From: Minisyncoccota bacterium | GTDB lineage: Bacteria; Patescibacteriota; Minisyncoccia; Phycocordibacterales; UBA9973 | Reading direction: 5' to 3' | Length of the DNA stretch: 64,000 bases | Assembly (NCBI GenBank): GCA_028718635.1 | Contig: JAQULK010000001.1 | Coordinates: 479,755-543,754, forward strand | In this document: piece after piece, positions 19,409 to 29,458 of the stretch | Position numbering within the stretch: position 1 is the stretch's first letter | Layout: each line of letters opens with the position of its first letter | The notes under the pieces: model-generated | Database searches by the model: none | Told to the model about the DNA's origin: nothing | The model's input: the letters and a program-made list of their open reading frames with translations, nothing else | Translations under genes and position numbers: made by a program

Positions 19409-19675
19409 TTATGCGGGGTAAAACTTTAACTTCTTTTTCATAATTTCTACGATTATGAAAATAATTACTGTCATAATAAAAGAAACAAAAATCATATTGT
19501 TGAATTTCGCTTCTTTTGCTCCAAAAAGCAAATCTGATAAAAGAAATAGAACAGCTGCTTCGAAGAATTTATTAAAATAAATCATGCCTCCTAATGCCAA
19601 AATTGCAGATACCCACCAAGGCATGAAAAGTATTGAAAGCAAAAGCAAAAAAAAAGCCAAAACTCTAAGTAACAT
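19409..19675 (-). CDS. small 2-TM membrane protein upstream of PBP2
   Basis: 88-aa hydrophobic ORF 9 bp from PBP2 start; no homology recognised. Confidence 0.3.
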   Translation of the reverse strand: MLLRVLAFFLLLLSILFMPWWVSAILALGGMIYFNKFFEAAVLFLLSDLLFGAKEAKFNNMIFVSFIMTVIIFIIVEIMKKKLKFYPA

Positions 19676-19713
19676 AATCTTATATTACACGCTTTATTTC
19701 AAAATACAAAATA

Positions 19714-19744
19714 TGCAAAAACGACTAGGTCTGACCTAGTCGTT
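19714..19744. terminator. rho-independent terminator (aaaaacgactaggtctgacctagtcgttttt) after cysteine-rich gene / pur operon
   Basis: 12-bp perfect stem with T-run. Confidence 0.55.
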
Positions 19745-19745
19745 T

Positions 19746-21473
19746 TTAATACACTTCCTGCTGATAACATTTTTCACAATACACTATTTCAGGCCGATCT
19801 GGGGCATAACTGGTTTCAAATTCAACTTCACATTTACCAGTATGGATATGATCTTCCTTATCACACATACATTGTCTATGCCAGAGCTTAAATGGGTTTC
19901 TTTGAGCGATACGTTGATAATGTCTGCAATTTGGACAAAGTTTCGGGATAGGTAAATTCATTCTTTTGTAAAAAGAAAATTCCTCGGCTATAACCTTAAA
20001 GGCTTCAGTGCATTGATCATTGCATTTCCCTTTGTGCTCGCATTCTATAACCTTACCGATTATTTCTTCTTTTGTGTCGGCAAAATTATCCGGAAGATCT
20101 TTGTTGTTGATTTCGATTTTATAGTTTCTTTCTTCGGTGTCTTTCCATTTGTAACCTTGTTTTAAAGCTTCTTCTTTAGTTAAAGGAAAGTATTCTTGAG
20201 CAATGGTTTCGTTGTAGCAGAAAGGACTTAATTCTGTTGGAAAGAACTCTCCGTATTTGTATATTCTACCTTTACTATCTATGTAGGGCATAGTGTTCAT
20301 ATGCTCTATAATTTTAGGGACTAATTCTTCGTATTGTTCTTTGGTGTATTGTTTGTTTAGGATGCAGTAGGATTTGTTGCGGAGACCGACGCAGGCGAAA
20401 CAATTTGAACATACATAACAAAAATCACAATAAGAAAGTTCATCAGATTCACCGCAAGTATTTGAAAATTTTGTATTAGTATTTTTCCAAAATGATATGT
20501 ATTCATAAGTAAGCTCCATAAATTCACAATAATTTGTATCGTAAACATTGCGACCATCAATCATTCGCATACAATATTTTTCATCTTCACATTTTTTAAC
20601 GTCGAAACAATTGTGAACATTTTTTGATTGAACGATGTTGTTTCCAGTCACGTTTTTGCACTGTATTTCTATGGCAAATTTATGCGGAACATTTCCTTTG
20701 ATTTTTAGAAATTCTTTTTGAATGTTTCTTAGTCCTTCTCTTCCATTTTTAAGCAACTCATTTTTCTTTTCAAGATATTGTTCCTTAGAATATGCTTTAT
20801 TGAAAATGTGATATTTTTGACTGCGCAGTCCTGTACAACCAATACAATCTTGGCAATTTTTGCAGTCAAAACAATAAATAAGGTCAAAAGAATTGGAACA
20901 TTCTTGAGCAAATATAGAATTTGATAATTTTTCGCAATCTATGCATTGGTAACAAAATTGACATTCTCGCGCTAGATGAGTATCAACGCAATTTTTTGAT
21001 TCATAGGGAGACCCATACATACAGTCCTCAATAGCGATGGATCCGAAACAAAGATAAGAATTTTTAACATCGCCAACATAATTGCAATAATCACTATTGT
21101 GAACAAAGTTAGCATTTAAATTTATCCTAGGAACTTTCTCTTGTAATTCCTTGAATTGGATAAAAAAATTCTTAGAGAAATCGTATTGTCTTCCATAAAA
21201 TAAAGCATCCCAATTATCAGACCAATAATAGTCGCGTTCATAAACTTTAAAGGGTTTATCTAAAGAATAAACAGAAATAATATTTTTACCGCTTCCGTCG
21301 CAAGTCCTTTTGTAAAGGGTTCTCTCGTTTCGAAAAACAAAACGACGCTGTAAACGGCAATCTGGGCAAAAAGTCGGAGGAGGTACTTTTATTTTTTGGT
21401 AAAATTTAAAATCCTCCGATTCTATCGTAAAATCTTTTTTACAATTTTGACAGATTTTTGTTTCACTTTGCAT
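19746..21473 (-). CDS. cysteine-rich zinc-ribbon-flanked protein, paralog 1 of 3 (function unknown)
   Basis: 575 aa, ~50 Cys. N-terminal CQNCKKDF...FCPDCRLQRRFVFRNER and C-terminal LCPNCRHYQRIAQRNP...CEKCYQQEVY ribbons. Internal repeats C-x2-C-x2-C-x2-C-x2-C...YCILNKQYTKEQYE. Paralogs at 27689-29458 and 39851-41617. Confidence 0.6.
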   Translation of the reverse strand: MQSETKICQNCKKDFTIESEDFKFYQKIKVPPPTFCPDCRLQRRFVFRNERTLYKRTCDGSGKNIISVYSLDKPFKVYERDYYWSDNWDALFYGRQYDFSKNFFIQFKELQEKVPRINLNANFVHNSDYCNYVGDVKNSYLCFGSIAIEDCMYGSPYESKNCVDTHLARECQFCYQCIDCEKLSNSIFAQECSNSFDLIYCFDCKNCQDCIGCTGLRSQKYHIFNKAYSKEQYLEKKNELLKNGREGLRNIQKEFLKIKGNVPHKFAIEIQCKNVTGNNIVQSKNVHNCFDVKKCEDEKYCMRMIDGRNVYDTNYCEFMELTYEYISFWKNTNTKFSNTCGESDELSYCDFCYVCSNCFACVGLRNKSYCILNKQYTKEQYEELVPKIIEHMNTMPYIDSKGRIYKYGEFFPTELSPFCYNETIAQEYFPLTKEEALKQGYKWKDTEERNYKIEINNKDLPDNFADTKEEIIGKVIECEHKGKCNDQCTEAFKVIAEEFSFYKRMNLPIPKLCPNCRHYQRIAQRNPFKLWHRQCMCDKEDHIHTGKCEVEFETSYAPDRPEIVYCEKCYQQEVY

Positions 21474-21478
21474 TTTTA

Positions 21479-22852
21479 TTACTTTGAAGCGAGTTTGGAA
21501 GCAAGACCGGTGTAATTTTCCGGAGTGATTGTTAAAAGTTCCTTTTTGATCTTTTCATTTACATCTAGGGATTTTATAAATTCGTGAATATCTGCGAGGG
21601 TTATTTGTTTACCACGAGTCAGTTCTTTTAATTTTTCATACGGCATAGCCACACCTTCACGTCGCAGAATAGTTTGGATCGCCTCAGTAATTACTTCCGG
21701 ATGATTGTTAAGATCTTCTTTTATTTTAATTTCGTTTATAGTAATTTTACTAAGTCCCTTAAGGAGTGAAGTATAAGCTACATATGAATGTCCAAAAGCC
21801 GTACCAAAAGCGCGTTCCACAGTAGAGTCCGAAAGATCCCGTTGTAGACGAGAAATAGGCAATTTTCTAGCAAAAAATTCAAAAAGCGCATTGGCTAAGC
21901 CGAGATTCCCCTCGCTATTTTCAAAATCGATAGGATTTATTTTATGGGGCATAGTTGAAGAGCCGACTTCCCCTCCCTTCACTTTTTGAGTTATCCAATT
22001 GTCGGAAATATATCTCCACATATCTTGATTGAGATCGATAAGCATGTTGTTCATTCTCTTGAAACGATCAAACAGCTCAATATAAGAATCATGAGGTTCG
22101 ATTTGGGTTGTGACTGAATTTAATTCAAGTTTGAATGTTAAATCTTTATTTAAATCTTTGATGAAATCTTCGGAAAATTTTACCCAATCGATTTTTGGAA
22201 AAGCTACTGCATGCGCATTATAATTTCCGGAAGCACCGCTCATTTTTACCATTATTTTTTGCCCGAGCAAATGATCCAAACCTCGTCCGAGCCTGGAAGC
22301 AAACACATTTATTTCTTTGCCGAAAGTGGTGGGGCTTGCCGGCTGACCATGAGTACGCGCAAGCATAGGTAAATATTTATGATTCTTAGCCAAAAGCTCG
22401 AGTTCCTTATTTATTTCTTTTAACGCAGGCATCAAGACATTTGCGACAGATTCGCTCAATATTAATCCATAAGCAAGATTGTTTGTATCATCGGAAGTAA
22501 GGGCAAAATGCACCCATTCTATGCTGTCTTTTAAAGACGTCTTTGAAAGTTCATTTTTTATAAAATATTCAACTGCTTTTACATCATGATTGGTCGCCCT
22601 TTCTATTTCTTTTATTTTTTTATATGAAATCTCATCAAATTTTTCGTAAAGATTTTTAACTATTTTTATTTCGTTTGGCAAAAACTTACGAAATATTTTA
22701 TTCTCTGATAAAGCAATTAAATATTCTGCTTCTATTTTTACTCGGTACTTCATCAATGCTTCCTCAGAAAAATACTGTACCAGTGCGCGAGTCTTTTCAA
22801 AATATCTTCCATCAAGTGGGTTTATGGAATTTTCTATTGTTTTATATTTCAT
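21479..22852 (-). CDS. purB: adenylosuccinate lyase
   Basis: Full-length PurB similarity (NPLDGRYFEKT..., fumarate-lyase signature region). Confidence 0.9.
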   Translation of the reverse strand: MKYKTIENSINPLDGRYFEKTRALVQYFSEEALMKYRVKIEAEYLIALSENKIFRKFLPNEIKIVKNLYEKFDEISYKKIKEIERATNHDVKAVEYFIKNELSKTSLKDSIEWVHFALTSDDTNNLAYGLILSESVANVLMPALKEINKELELLAKNHKYLPMLARTHGQPASPTTFGKEINVFASRLGRGLDHLLGQKIMVKMSGASGNYNAHAVAFPKIDWVKFSEDFIKDLNKDLTFKLELNSVTTQIEPHDSYIELFDRFKRMNNMLIDLNQDMWRYISDNWITQKVKGGEVGSSTMPHKINPIDFENSEGNLGLANALFEFFARKLPISRLQRDLSDSTVERAFGTAFGHSYVAYTSLLKGLSKITINEIKIKEDLNNHPEVITEAIQTILRREGVAMPYEKLKELTRGKQITLADIHEFIKSLDVNEKIKKELLTITPENYTGLASKLASK

Positions 22853-23786
22853 TTTTTATTTCGTATTTTTTTAAATTACTTGCAATTCTTTTTGCAATAT
22901 CCCCTATTTCGACTTTAAAAGGAATACCGGTAATTTGTTCGCAAATTCGGATGTATCGGCTGGATAATTCTTTTACCATTTCGATCGGTGCTTCCGGCAA
23001 AATTTTGTCTTTATAAGGGTCGGAATTATTTTTAAACCATAAACGCAAAAATTCTTTATCAAAATTTTCCGGTTCTAAGCCTTGGTCTATCTTGCCTTGG
23101 TATGAATTTGCTTGCCAATATCTAGAAGAATCCGGAGTGTGAATTTCATCCACCAATACTATTTCATTATTTTCATCCAAGCCGAATTCGTATTTCGTAT
23201 CTACTAAAATCAAACCGTGAGCTAATGCAATTTCTTCTCCGCGTTTGAATAATTTTAAAGAAATATCAGCAATTTTTTCCCATTGCTCTTTTGTCATATA
23301 CCCGCCATCGATTATATCTCTACTTGAAAGCGGTCGGTCGTGCTCTTCGTGTTTGGTGGTAGGCGTCAAGACGACTTTATCCAATCTCTGATTTTTCTTC
23401 ATACCATCAGGTAAAACAAAATCTCCGAAATCTCTTTGACCTCTTTGATATAAAGTCCAAAGGGAGGTTCCTGTAACTCCGGTAATGAACGCTCTCGGTA
23501 CGACTTCTACAGGAAAAACTTTACACTTTTTGCCTACCACTACATTCGGGTCTGGAAAATCTATTACATGATTTTTCACGATATCCTTTGTGTTTTCAAA
23601 CCAAAAACGGCTAACCTGGGTCAGCACCTGTCCTTTGCAAGGTATCAACGCAAGGTTGCGGTCAAAAGCGGAATACCTATCTGTAGAAATTAAAATTACT
23701 TTATCATCCTGGGTATACACGTCTCTCACCTTACCGACATATTTTTCTCCCAAGTTTTTGAAATCCGTTTTTTCTAAAATATTCAT
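22842..23786 (-). CDS. purC: SAICAR synthetase
   Basis: GKVRDVY...STDRYSAFD motifs. Confidence 0.9.
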   Translation of the reverse strand: MNILEKTDFKNLGEKYVGKVRDVYTQDDKVILISTDRYSAFDRNLALIPCKGQVLTQVSRFWFENTKDIVKNHVIDFPDPNVVVGKKCKVFPVEVVPRAFITGVTGTSLWTLYQRGQRDFGDFVLPDGMKKNQRLDKVVLTPTTKHEEHDRPLSSRDIIDGGYMTKEQWEKIADISLKLFKRGEEIALAHGLILVDTKYEFGLDENNEIVLVDEIHTPDSSRYWQANSYQGKIDQGLEPENFDKEFLRLWFKNNSDPYKDKILPEAPIEMVKELSSRYIRICEQITGIPFKVEIGDIAKRIASNLKKYEIKNEI

Positions 23787-23790
23787 TTAT

Positions 23791-24831
23791 TTATATTAAA
23801 ATTACTTTTCCTTCTCCTTTAATAATTTTACCAATTTCATATATTTTAAAATTCGGATATTTTTTAAAAATTTCTGTAATTTTTGTTTTTTCTGATAGTT
23901 CCGAAACCAGAACCATTCCAATTCCCATATTGAAGGCGGTATACATTTCTTGTTCACTAACATTACCAATTTTTTGTAAGAAAGGAAAAATGGGAAGAAC
24001 TGGCCATGAACCTTTTTGGATTTCTGCATCAAGATTTTTAGGAAGGATGCGAGGAATATTTTCCATAAATCCTCCGCCAGTTATATGCGCGATTCCTTTT
24101 ATCTCAACTCCGGAATCCAGAATTTCCAATATCGGTCTGGTGTAATTAGTGTGTACTTGTAAAAGCGCTTCGCCCACAGTCATACCAAGTTCGGGAATTT
24201 TTTCATTGACGTTGTGCTTAGCAATTTCAAAAATTAATTTTCTTGCCAAAGAAAATCCATTTGTGTGCAATCCAGAAGAAGCGAGCCCAAAGACGACATC
24301 TCCTTCTTTAATTTTTTCTCCAGTTATTATATTATCTTTTTCTACTATGCCAGTGATGCATCCAGCGATGTCATGTTCTCCTTTTATGTATACTCCGGGC
24401 ATTTCAGCGGTTTCACCGCCGATGATAGAAACTCCTGCTTCCCTGCAAGACTTTGCCATACCTGAGACCATCTGCTCCATTTCTTCTGGAACAAGTGTTT
24501 CATTTGCTACATAGTCTAAAAATGTGACCGGTCGAGCTCCCATTGCGAGGATGTCTCCACAACTATGCCCAACTATATCTTCACCTACGGAATCATATTT
24601 GTTTACCATTCTAGCCACTAATAGTTTTGTCCCTACACCATCAATACTTTGGACTAAGATTGGATGTTTGTAAGATTTTAAAATTTCTCCCAGATCATAC
24701 AGTCCGCCAAAGTGTCCTATGTTTGTAAGTACAGCATTAGTGTGAGTGCTCGCCACGCTTTCTTTTATTCGTTTTACGACTTCATTTCCAGCTTCAATAT
24801 TTACACCAGCTTGTTTGTACAAGTCACTCAT
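23791..24831 (-). CDS. purM: AIR synthetase (phosphoribosylformylglycinamidine cyclo-ligase)
   Basis: YKQAGVNIEAGNEVV N-terminus, PurM N/C domains. Confidence 0.9.
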   Translation of the reverse strand: MSDLYKQAGVNIEAGNEVVKRIKESVASTHTNAVLTNIGHFGGLYDLGEILKSYKHPILVQSIDGVGTKLLVARMVNKYDSVGEDIVGHSCGDILAMGARPVTFLDYVANETLVPEEMEQMVSGMAKSCREAGVSIIGGETAEMPGVYIKGEHDIAGCITGIVEKDNIITGEKIKEGDVVFGLASSGLHTNGFSLARKLIFEIAKHNVNEKIPELGMTVGEALLQVHTNYTRPILEILDSGVEIKGIAHITGGGFMENIPRILPKNLDAEIQKGSWPVLPIFPFLQKIGNVSEQEMYTAFNMGIGMVLVSELSEKTKITEIFKKYPNFKIYEIGKIIKGEGKVILI

Positions 24832-24832
24832 T

Positions 24833-25351
24833 TTATTTTTTTAGGTATTTTTTATATCCAACTTTTAAAAGTTTCTCACCTTTTATTTTAACTGCAATCT
24901 TCATTTTATCTTTATAAGCAATCAATTTCTTTTCTAAATTTTTATCATTTATTGCAAGCATGGCAATCGCCAGCAACCCTGCATTTTTTGCAGAGTTAAT
25001 GCCGACAGTCGCTACAGGTATTCCCGAAGGCATATTTATCGTAGAAAGAATTGAATCAAGGCCGTATAAATTTTTAGTTTTAATAGGCACGCCGATGACA
25101 GGCAGAGTCGTGAGAGAGGCGATCACTCCTGCCAAATGCGCTGCTCCGCCTGCGCCTGCAATGATGATTTTTAATCCGCGAGCTTTTGCGCTCACTGTAT
25201 ATTTATGAACCAAATCAGGGCTTCGGTGCGCAGAAGCCACTGTCATCTCAAAAGGCACATTAAATTCTCCGAGTATTTTCCCTGCTTCTGCCATTACCTC
25301 CAAATCTGAATCCGAACCCATAACTATGCCGACAATAGGTTTTTTACTCAT
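24833..25351 (-). CDS. purE: N5-CAIR mutase / PurE
   Basis: VGIVMGSDSD and AGGAAHLAGV motifs. Confidence 0.9.
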   Translation of the reverse strand: MSKKPIVGIVMGSDSDLEVMAEAGKILGEFNVPFEMTVASAHRSPDLVHKYTVSAKARGLKIIIAGAGGAAHLAGVIASLTTLPVIGVPIKTKNLYGLDSILSTINMPSGIPVATVGINSAKNAGLLAIAMLAINDKNLEKKLIAYKDKMKIAVKIKGEKLLKVGYKKYLKK

Positions 25352-25375
25352 GAAATTATCTTATCACATTTTTCA

Positions 25376-25488
25376 AAATTACGAAATATAACTTTTCGAA
25401 GGGGTTTCGAGGCTGACGAGCCGAGAACTTCAGGAATTTTTAAGCTTCAAAAATTCCGTACCGAAGAAAAGTTTATATTTCGTAATTT
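25376..25488. repeat. ~112-bp palindromic repeat, copy 3 (orientation B, subtype ggctgacgagcc)
   Basis: Reverse-complement orientation of copy 1; between purE start and purH stop. Confidence 0.75.
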
Positions 25489-25502
25489 ATTAGAACTAAT
25501 TT

Positions 25503-27020
25503 TTAATGTTTAAAATGTCGAAAGCCAGTCGTTACCATCGCCATATTATATTTATTCGCCATATCAATCGATGCTTGATCATTTTTCGAGCCTCCAGGAT
25601 GAATTACCGCGCTTACACCCTCTTCTCCTGCTAACTCTACGCAATCAGGAAATGGAAAGAATGCTTCAGAGGACATCACTGCGCCTTTGAGAGAAAAATT
25701 AAATTTTTTAGCTTTATCGACAGCTTGCTTTAAGGCATCAATGCGAGAAGTTTGCCCGCAACCCATCGCTAAAAGCGTCCCATCTTTTACTAAAGCAATA
25801 GAATTAGATTTTAAATGTTTTGTAATTACTGCAGCTACAAGCAAGTCTTTTTTTTCTTGATCCGTCGGTTCACGTTTTGTTGTTACTTTTAAATCTTCTT
25901 CAGTTTCAATATGCGTGTCTCGATCTTGAGAAAGAATTCCGGTAAAACAAGTTCGGTTTTGTTTTTGTGCAAGGATTGGTTTCTGCCATTTCAAAATTCT
26001 GCAATCTTTTTTCTCCATTAATATATCGAGCGCTTCTTTAGAAAAGTCTGGCGCGATGATTACTTCTACGAAAAGTTTTTGTTCTTTGATAAGCTTAGTA
26101 ATGTCTTCTTCTATGGTTCTGTTGGATGCCAAAATTCCACCAAAAGCTGAAAGCGGATCTGCGTTATAAGCTGCTTGATATGCTTCAAATAAATGCCCTT
26201 CTTCTCTAACTGCTAGACCGCAAGTATTCATATGTTTTACGATAGCAAAAGCAGGATCTTTAAAATCATAAACAGCCATAATGGCAGCCTCTGTATCTAT
26301 AAGATTGTTATAGGAAAGTTCTTTTCCGTGAAGTTGGATAAAACTTTTTTCTAGATTCCCGATAAATTCAGCTTTCTGGTGCGGATTTTCTCCATAACGC
26401 AATTTTTTTCCTTGAAAATATGCACGAATAGCATTGTCGTAAGCGCTCGTCACCTCAAAAGCATCACCTGCAAATTTTTTACGTTCTTCTAAAGTTGTTT
26501 CTGTGCCTTTTTTAAGTATCTCTGCTAATTCCTGATACTGATTTTTAGAAGGAATAACTACAACATCATTAAAGTTCTTCGCCGCTGCACGAATTAGAGA
26601 TATTCCGCCGATATCTATTTTTTCTATTATTTCTTCCTCGCCCGTCGAAGCATTGGCGAAGGAGGGCTCGTTTTCATATCTTTCTAAAGTTTCTTCGAAT
26701 GGATACAGATCCACGATTACTAAATCAATATTCTCTATGTTGTGTTCTTTCTTTTCTTTCTGATCGTCAACGTTATCTCGGCGATTCAAAATTCCGCCGA
26801 AAATTTGTGGTTGTAGTGTTTTTACTCTACCACCAAATAAAGCAGGATAATTGGTGATTTCTTCCACTTCAGTCACTGGCACGCCAAGCTTGCGAATAAA
26901 TTCTGCAGTCCCGCCGGTCGAAATAATTTTTACATTATGCTTGGCCAGAAGCTTAACAATTTCTTCTAGTCCATCTTTATTAAAAACTGAAATAAGCGCC
27001 GTTGTAATTTTTTTATTCAT
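25503..27020 (-). CDS. purH: bifunctional AICAR transformylase / IMP cyclohydrolase
   Basis: MGS-like N-domain (ALISVFNKDGL...STGGTA) and AICARFT domain. Confidence 0.9.
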   Translation of the reverse strand: MNKKITTALISVFNKDGLEEIVKLLAKHNVKIISTGGTAEFIRKLGVPVTEVEEITNYPALFGGRVKTLQPQIFGGILNRRDNVDDQKEKKEHNIENIDLVIVDLYPFEETLERYENEPSFANASTGEEEIIEKIDIGGISLIRAAAKNFNDVVVIPSKNQYQELAEILKKGTETTLEERKKFAGDAFEVTSAYDNAIRAYFQGKKLRYGENPHQKAEFIGNLEKSFIQLHGKELSYNNLIDTEAAIMAVYDFKDPAFAIVKHMNTCGLAVREEGHLFEAYQAAYNADPLSAFGGILASNRTIEEDITKLIKEQKLFVEVIIAPDFSKEALDILMEKKDCRILKWQKPILAQKQNRTCFTGILSQDRDTHIETEEDLKVTTKREPTDQEKKDLLVAAVITKHLKSNSIALVKDGTLLAMGCGQTSRIDALKQAVDKAKKFNFSLKGAVMSSEAFFPFPDCVELAGEEGVSAVIHPGGSKNDQASIDMANKYNMAMVTTGFRHFKH

Positions 27021-27064
27021 TTTTTTTATTTTCTTTTATTACTGTTTTTATAATTTTATTTACT

Positions 27065-27343
27065 TTATTTGAAAATAATTTCCCCACCAAATTTTTTTAT
27101 TGCTTCAGAAACCGAATTAAATCTTTCAGAACTTATCGGACGAACCGGAACTTTCGAATCATAAGTTTCTCCCGTTTGTTCTGTTGTAGTTAAATCAAAA
27201 CTATCACTAGGAACTTTATAAATACAAACACGAGGTTCAAATTCCTCTATATTTAAAACAGTAGATCCGTGATACAGAACTGGTGGCCTTTCCTGTTTTC
27301 CTTCAGGTGTTGTTTTTTTGATTTGTACTTGACTTTTTTCCAT
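27065..27343 (-). CDS. hypothetical protein
   Basis: 92-aa ORF, hydrophilic, no motif recognised. Confidence 0.35.
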   Translation of the reverse strand: MEKSQVQIKKTTPEGKQERPPVLYHGSTVLNIEEFEPRVCIYKVPSDSFDLTTTEQTGETYDSKVPVRPISSERFNSVSEAIKKFGGEIIFK

Positions 27344-27360
27344 ATATTTTTATATAATTA

Positions 27361-27420
27361 GGTTACTTTTGGGGTTACCCACTGATCCCCGCTTCGGCGG
27401 GGTGACAATTACGAAGAAAG
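27361..27420. other. structured element with C(UUCG)G tetraloop hairpin (ccccgCTTCGGcgggg) and ggttac...ggggttaccc repeat
   Basis: Read from sequence; supplies the last ~12 codons and stop of the MazF-like ORF. Confidence 0.3.
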
Positions 27421-27650
27421 CTACCGATTTTCTTTTTTGAGGTCAATGGTAATCCGATGAAACTATCACTAGATAATTTTCTTAATATAAGTACAGGTCT
27501 TCTGAAGATAATTCCCTTACCACAAGACTCTTTAGCAACATTTAAGCCTACGGACATCCACCAAATTTCACCTTCTTTAAAGAAGAATTTTTGTTCCTTG
27601 ACATCCAATTCTTTTTTAATTTCATTCCATTTATCAAAATCTTTTTCCAT
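27375..27650 (-). CDS. MazF/PemK-like toxin, apparently truncated (possible pseudogene)
   Basis: GEIWWMSVGLNVAKESCGKGIIFRRPVLILRK matches MazF core G-[DE]-I-W...G.E....RP.[VL][VI][LS]; C-terminal third replaced by read-through into hairpin element; no adjacent antitoxin ORF. Confidence 0.4.
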   Translation of the reverse strand: MEKDFDKWNEIKKELDVKEQKFFFKEGEIWWMSVGLNVAKESCGKGIIFRRPVLILRKLSSDSFIGLPLTSKKKIGSFLRNCHPAEAGISG

Positions 27651-27688
27651 ATTTTCTCTATTTTTTCTACTTTAGTTAAGTAAAGTAA

Positions 27689-29458
27689 TTAATAAACTTC
27701 TTGTTGGTAACACTTTTCGCAGTAAACTATTTCCGGTCTGCCAGGCGCATAGGAAGTTTCGAATTCATTTGGACAAGAATCATTTCCGTGAAAATGCTTC
27801 GCAGAATTTTGGTAAATATTATTTTCTGAAGCCCTACCCTTGCACATACATTTTCGATGCCAGAGTTTCAGCGGATTCCTTAAATTAATGCGTTGATAAT
27901 GTCGACAATTCGGACACAATCTAGGCAAAGGCAAATTCATTCTTTTATAAAATTTAAATTCTTCTGGAACTATTTTGAACGCCTCTGTGCATTGCTCTTT
28001 GCATTTACCGCCATGTTCGCAAGCAATAACTTTTCCCACTATATCATCTTTTACCTCATTAATATCGTCTGGAATATTTTTATTTTCTATGTCAACTTTG
28101 TAATTTCTTTCTTCCGTATCCTGCCAAGAATATCCTTTATCTAGAGCTTCTTCCTTTACTAGTGGAAAATACTCTTGCGCGATTGTTTCATTATAAGCAA
28201 AGGGAGATAATTCTGAAGGAAAAAATTCTCCGTATTTGTAAATAATTCCCTTTTTATCTTTATAAGGCATTTTCTCCATATGCTCTATAATTTTTGGCAG
28301 GAGTTTTTCATATTCTTCCTTTGTGTATTGTTTGTTTAAAATGCAATATTGTTTTTTGCGCAAACCCTCGCATCCGAAAATATTTAAACAATTATGACAT
28401 TCCTCACTGTAATAAGTATTTTGATTGCTTAAATTTCTAATACTAAAGGCTGTATTTGATCCGGCAAAACCGTGGGCAACTTCATATATAAGTTCTGCTT
28501 TAAAACCTTGAAAAGAAGTGTCATAACTATCTTTTGTTCCCCGTCTGCAAAAAAATAAATATTTTGAATCCTCTGCTTGGCCGGAAGTGAAAGACATGTG
28601 GACATTTCTAGCTTCCTTTAAATCATCCCCGTCTGAATTAACTGATTTATAAATCCGAGCATATCTATGGGGAAGTTTTGATTCTAACTCCTTTAGCTTT
28701 TGAATATTTTCCAAATGTTTTTTATAACTCCCAATATTTTCTTTTATAAATTTCTCATAATTTTCTTTTGAATATGGTTCATTGAATACGTGACATTGTT
28801 TATTTATGAGCCCGATACAGCCAAAACAATACATACAGTTTCTGCAGTCTATTAAATAATAACTTTCAATGCATTCTTGCGAGTAACGGCTAAAAAATAC
28901 TTTATTCAAACGCGTTGATTCAAAAATCTCATAACTAAATTCTATTTTTGATGAAAAAGCGACGTCCAAGGAATCCTGTGATTCCACCACTTGATTGCCA
29001 AAATATACTCTTTCATTATCTTTTCCTCCGAATAATAAATAGCATTCTTTGAAATCCAAACCGTAATTGCAATAATCGCTCAAAACAAAATTATCCCTGT
29101 AAAGATTTACTCTCGGAACAGATTTTTGAAGTGAATGAAATTGATCAAAAAAAGGAATCGAAAAATCATAATCACGGCCAAAAGTTATCGGATCCCATTT
29201 ATCAGAAAGCCAGCAATCACGACAATAAATTGTATAAGGTCTATCCTTGTGGTATATAGTCAATAATGATTTTTTACATAAAGCGCATTCACGCTTGTAA
29301 AAAACACGATTGTTTCTAAAAAGCAGTCTTCTTTGAAACCTGCAATCAGGGCAAAAAGTTGGCGCCAGCACTTTCATCTTCTCATAAAAATTGAAATCTT
29401 CTTTTTCTACAACAAACTTATTATTGCAATTTTGGCAAATTTTTGTTTCTGATTTCAT
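27689..29458 (-). CDS. cysteine-rich zinc-ribbon-flanked protein, paralog 2 of 3
   Basis: 589 aa; same terminal ribbons (ICQNCNNKF...FCPDCRFQRRLLFRNNR; ...LCPNCRHYQRINLRNP...CEKCYQQEVY) and internal Cys clusters; start overlaps fic stop by 4 bp. Confidence 0.6.
   Translation of the reverse strand: MKSETKICQNCNNKFVVEKEDFNFYEKMKVLAPTFCPDCRFQRRLLFRNNRVFYKRECALCKKSLLTIYHKDRPYTIYCRDCWLSDKWDPITFGRDYDFSIPFFDQFHSLQKSVPRVNLYRDNFVLSDYCNYGLDFKECYLLFGGKDNERVYFGNQVVESQDSLDVAFSSKIEFSYEIFESTRLNKVFFSRYSQECIESYYLIDCRNCMYCFGCIGLINKQCHVFNEPYSKENYEKFIKENIGSYKKHLENIQKLKELESKLPHRYARIYKSVNSDGDDLKEARNVHMSFTSGQAEDSKYLFFCRRGTKDSYDTSFQGFKAELIYEVAHGFAGSNTAFSIRNLSNQNTYYSEECHNCLNIFGCEGLRKKQYCILNKQYTKEEYEKLLPKIIEHMEKMPYKDKKGIIYKYGEFFPSELSPFAYNETIAQEYFPLVKEEALDKGYSWQDTEERNYKVDIENKNIPDDINEVKDDIVGKVIACEHGGKCKEQCTEAFKIVPEEFKFYKRMNLPLPRLCPNCRHYQRINLRNPLKLWHRKCMCKGRASENNIYQNSAKHFHGNDSCPNEFETSYAPGRPEIVYCEKCYQQEVY

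Noticed and set aside
24149-24514. Antisense ORFs inside purM, and similar ORFs inside purB, purH, guaA, guaB, purL, PBP2 (e.g. 32611-33135, 42539-43237, 18024-18488, 30851-31159)
   Set aside because: All lie opposite to long, conserved, well-supported genes, and their translations are low-complexity. They are typical spurious ORFs of AT-rich DNA
27021-27064. ZTP or purine riboswitch upstream of purH, purL or guaB
   Set aside because: The intergenic spaces are too short (25-100 bp). No conserved aptamer blocks were seen, for example the purine riboswitch core or the ZTP pseudoknot motifs
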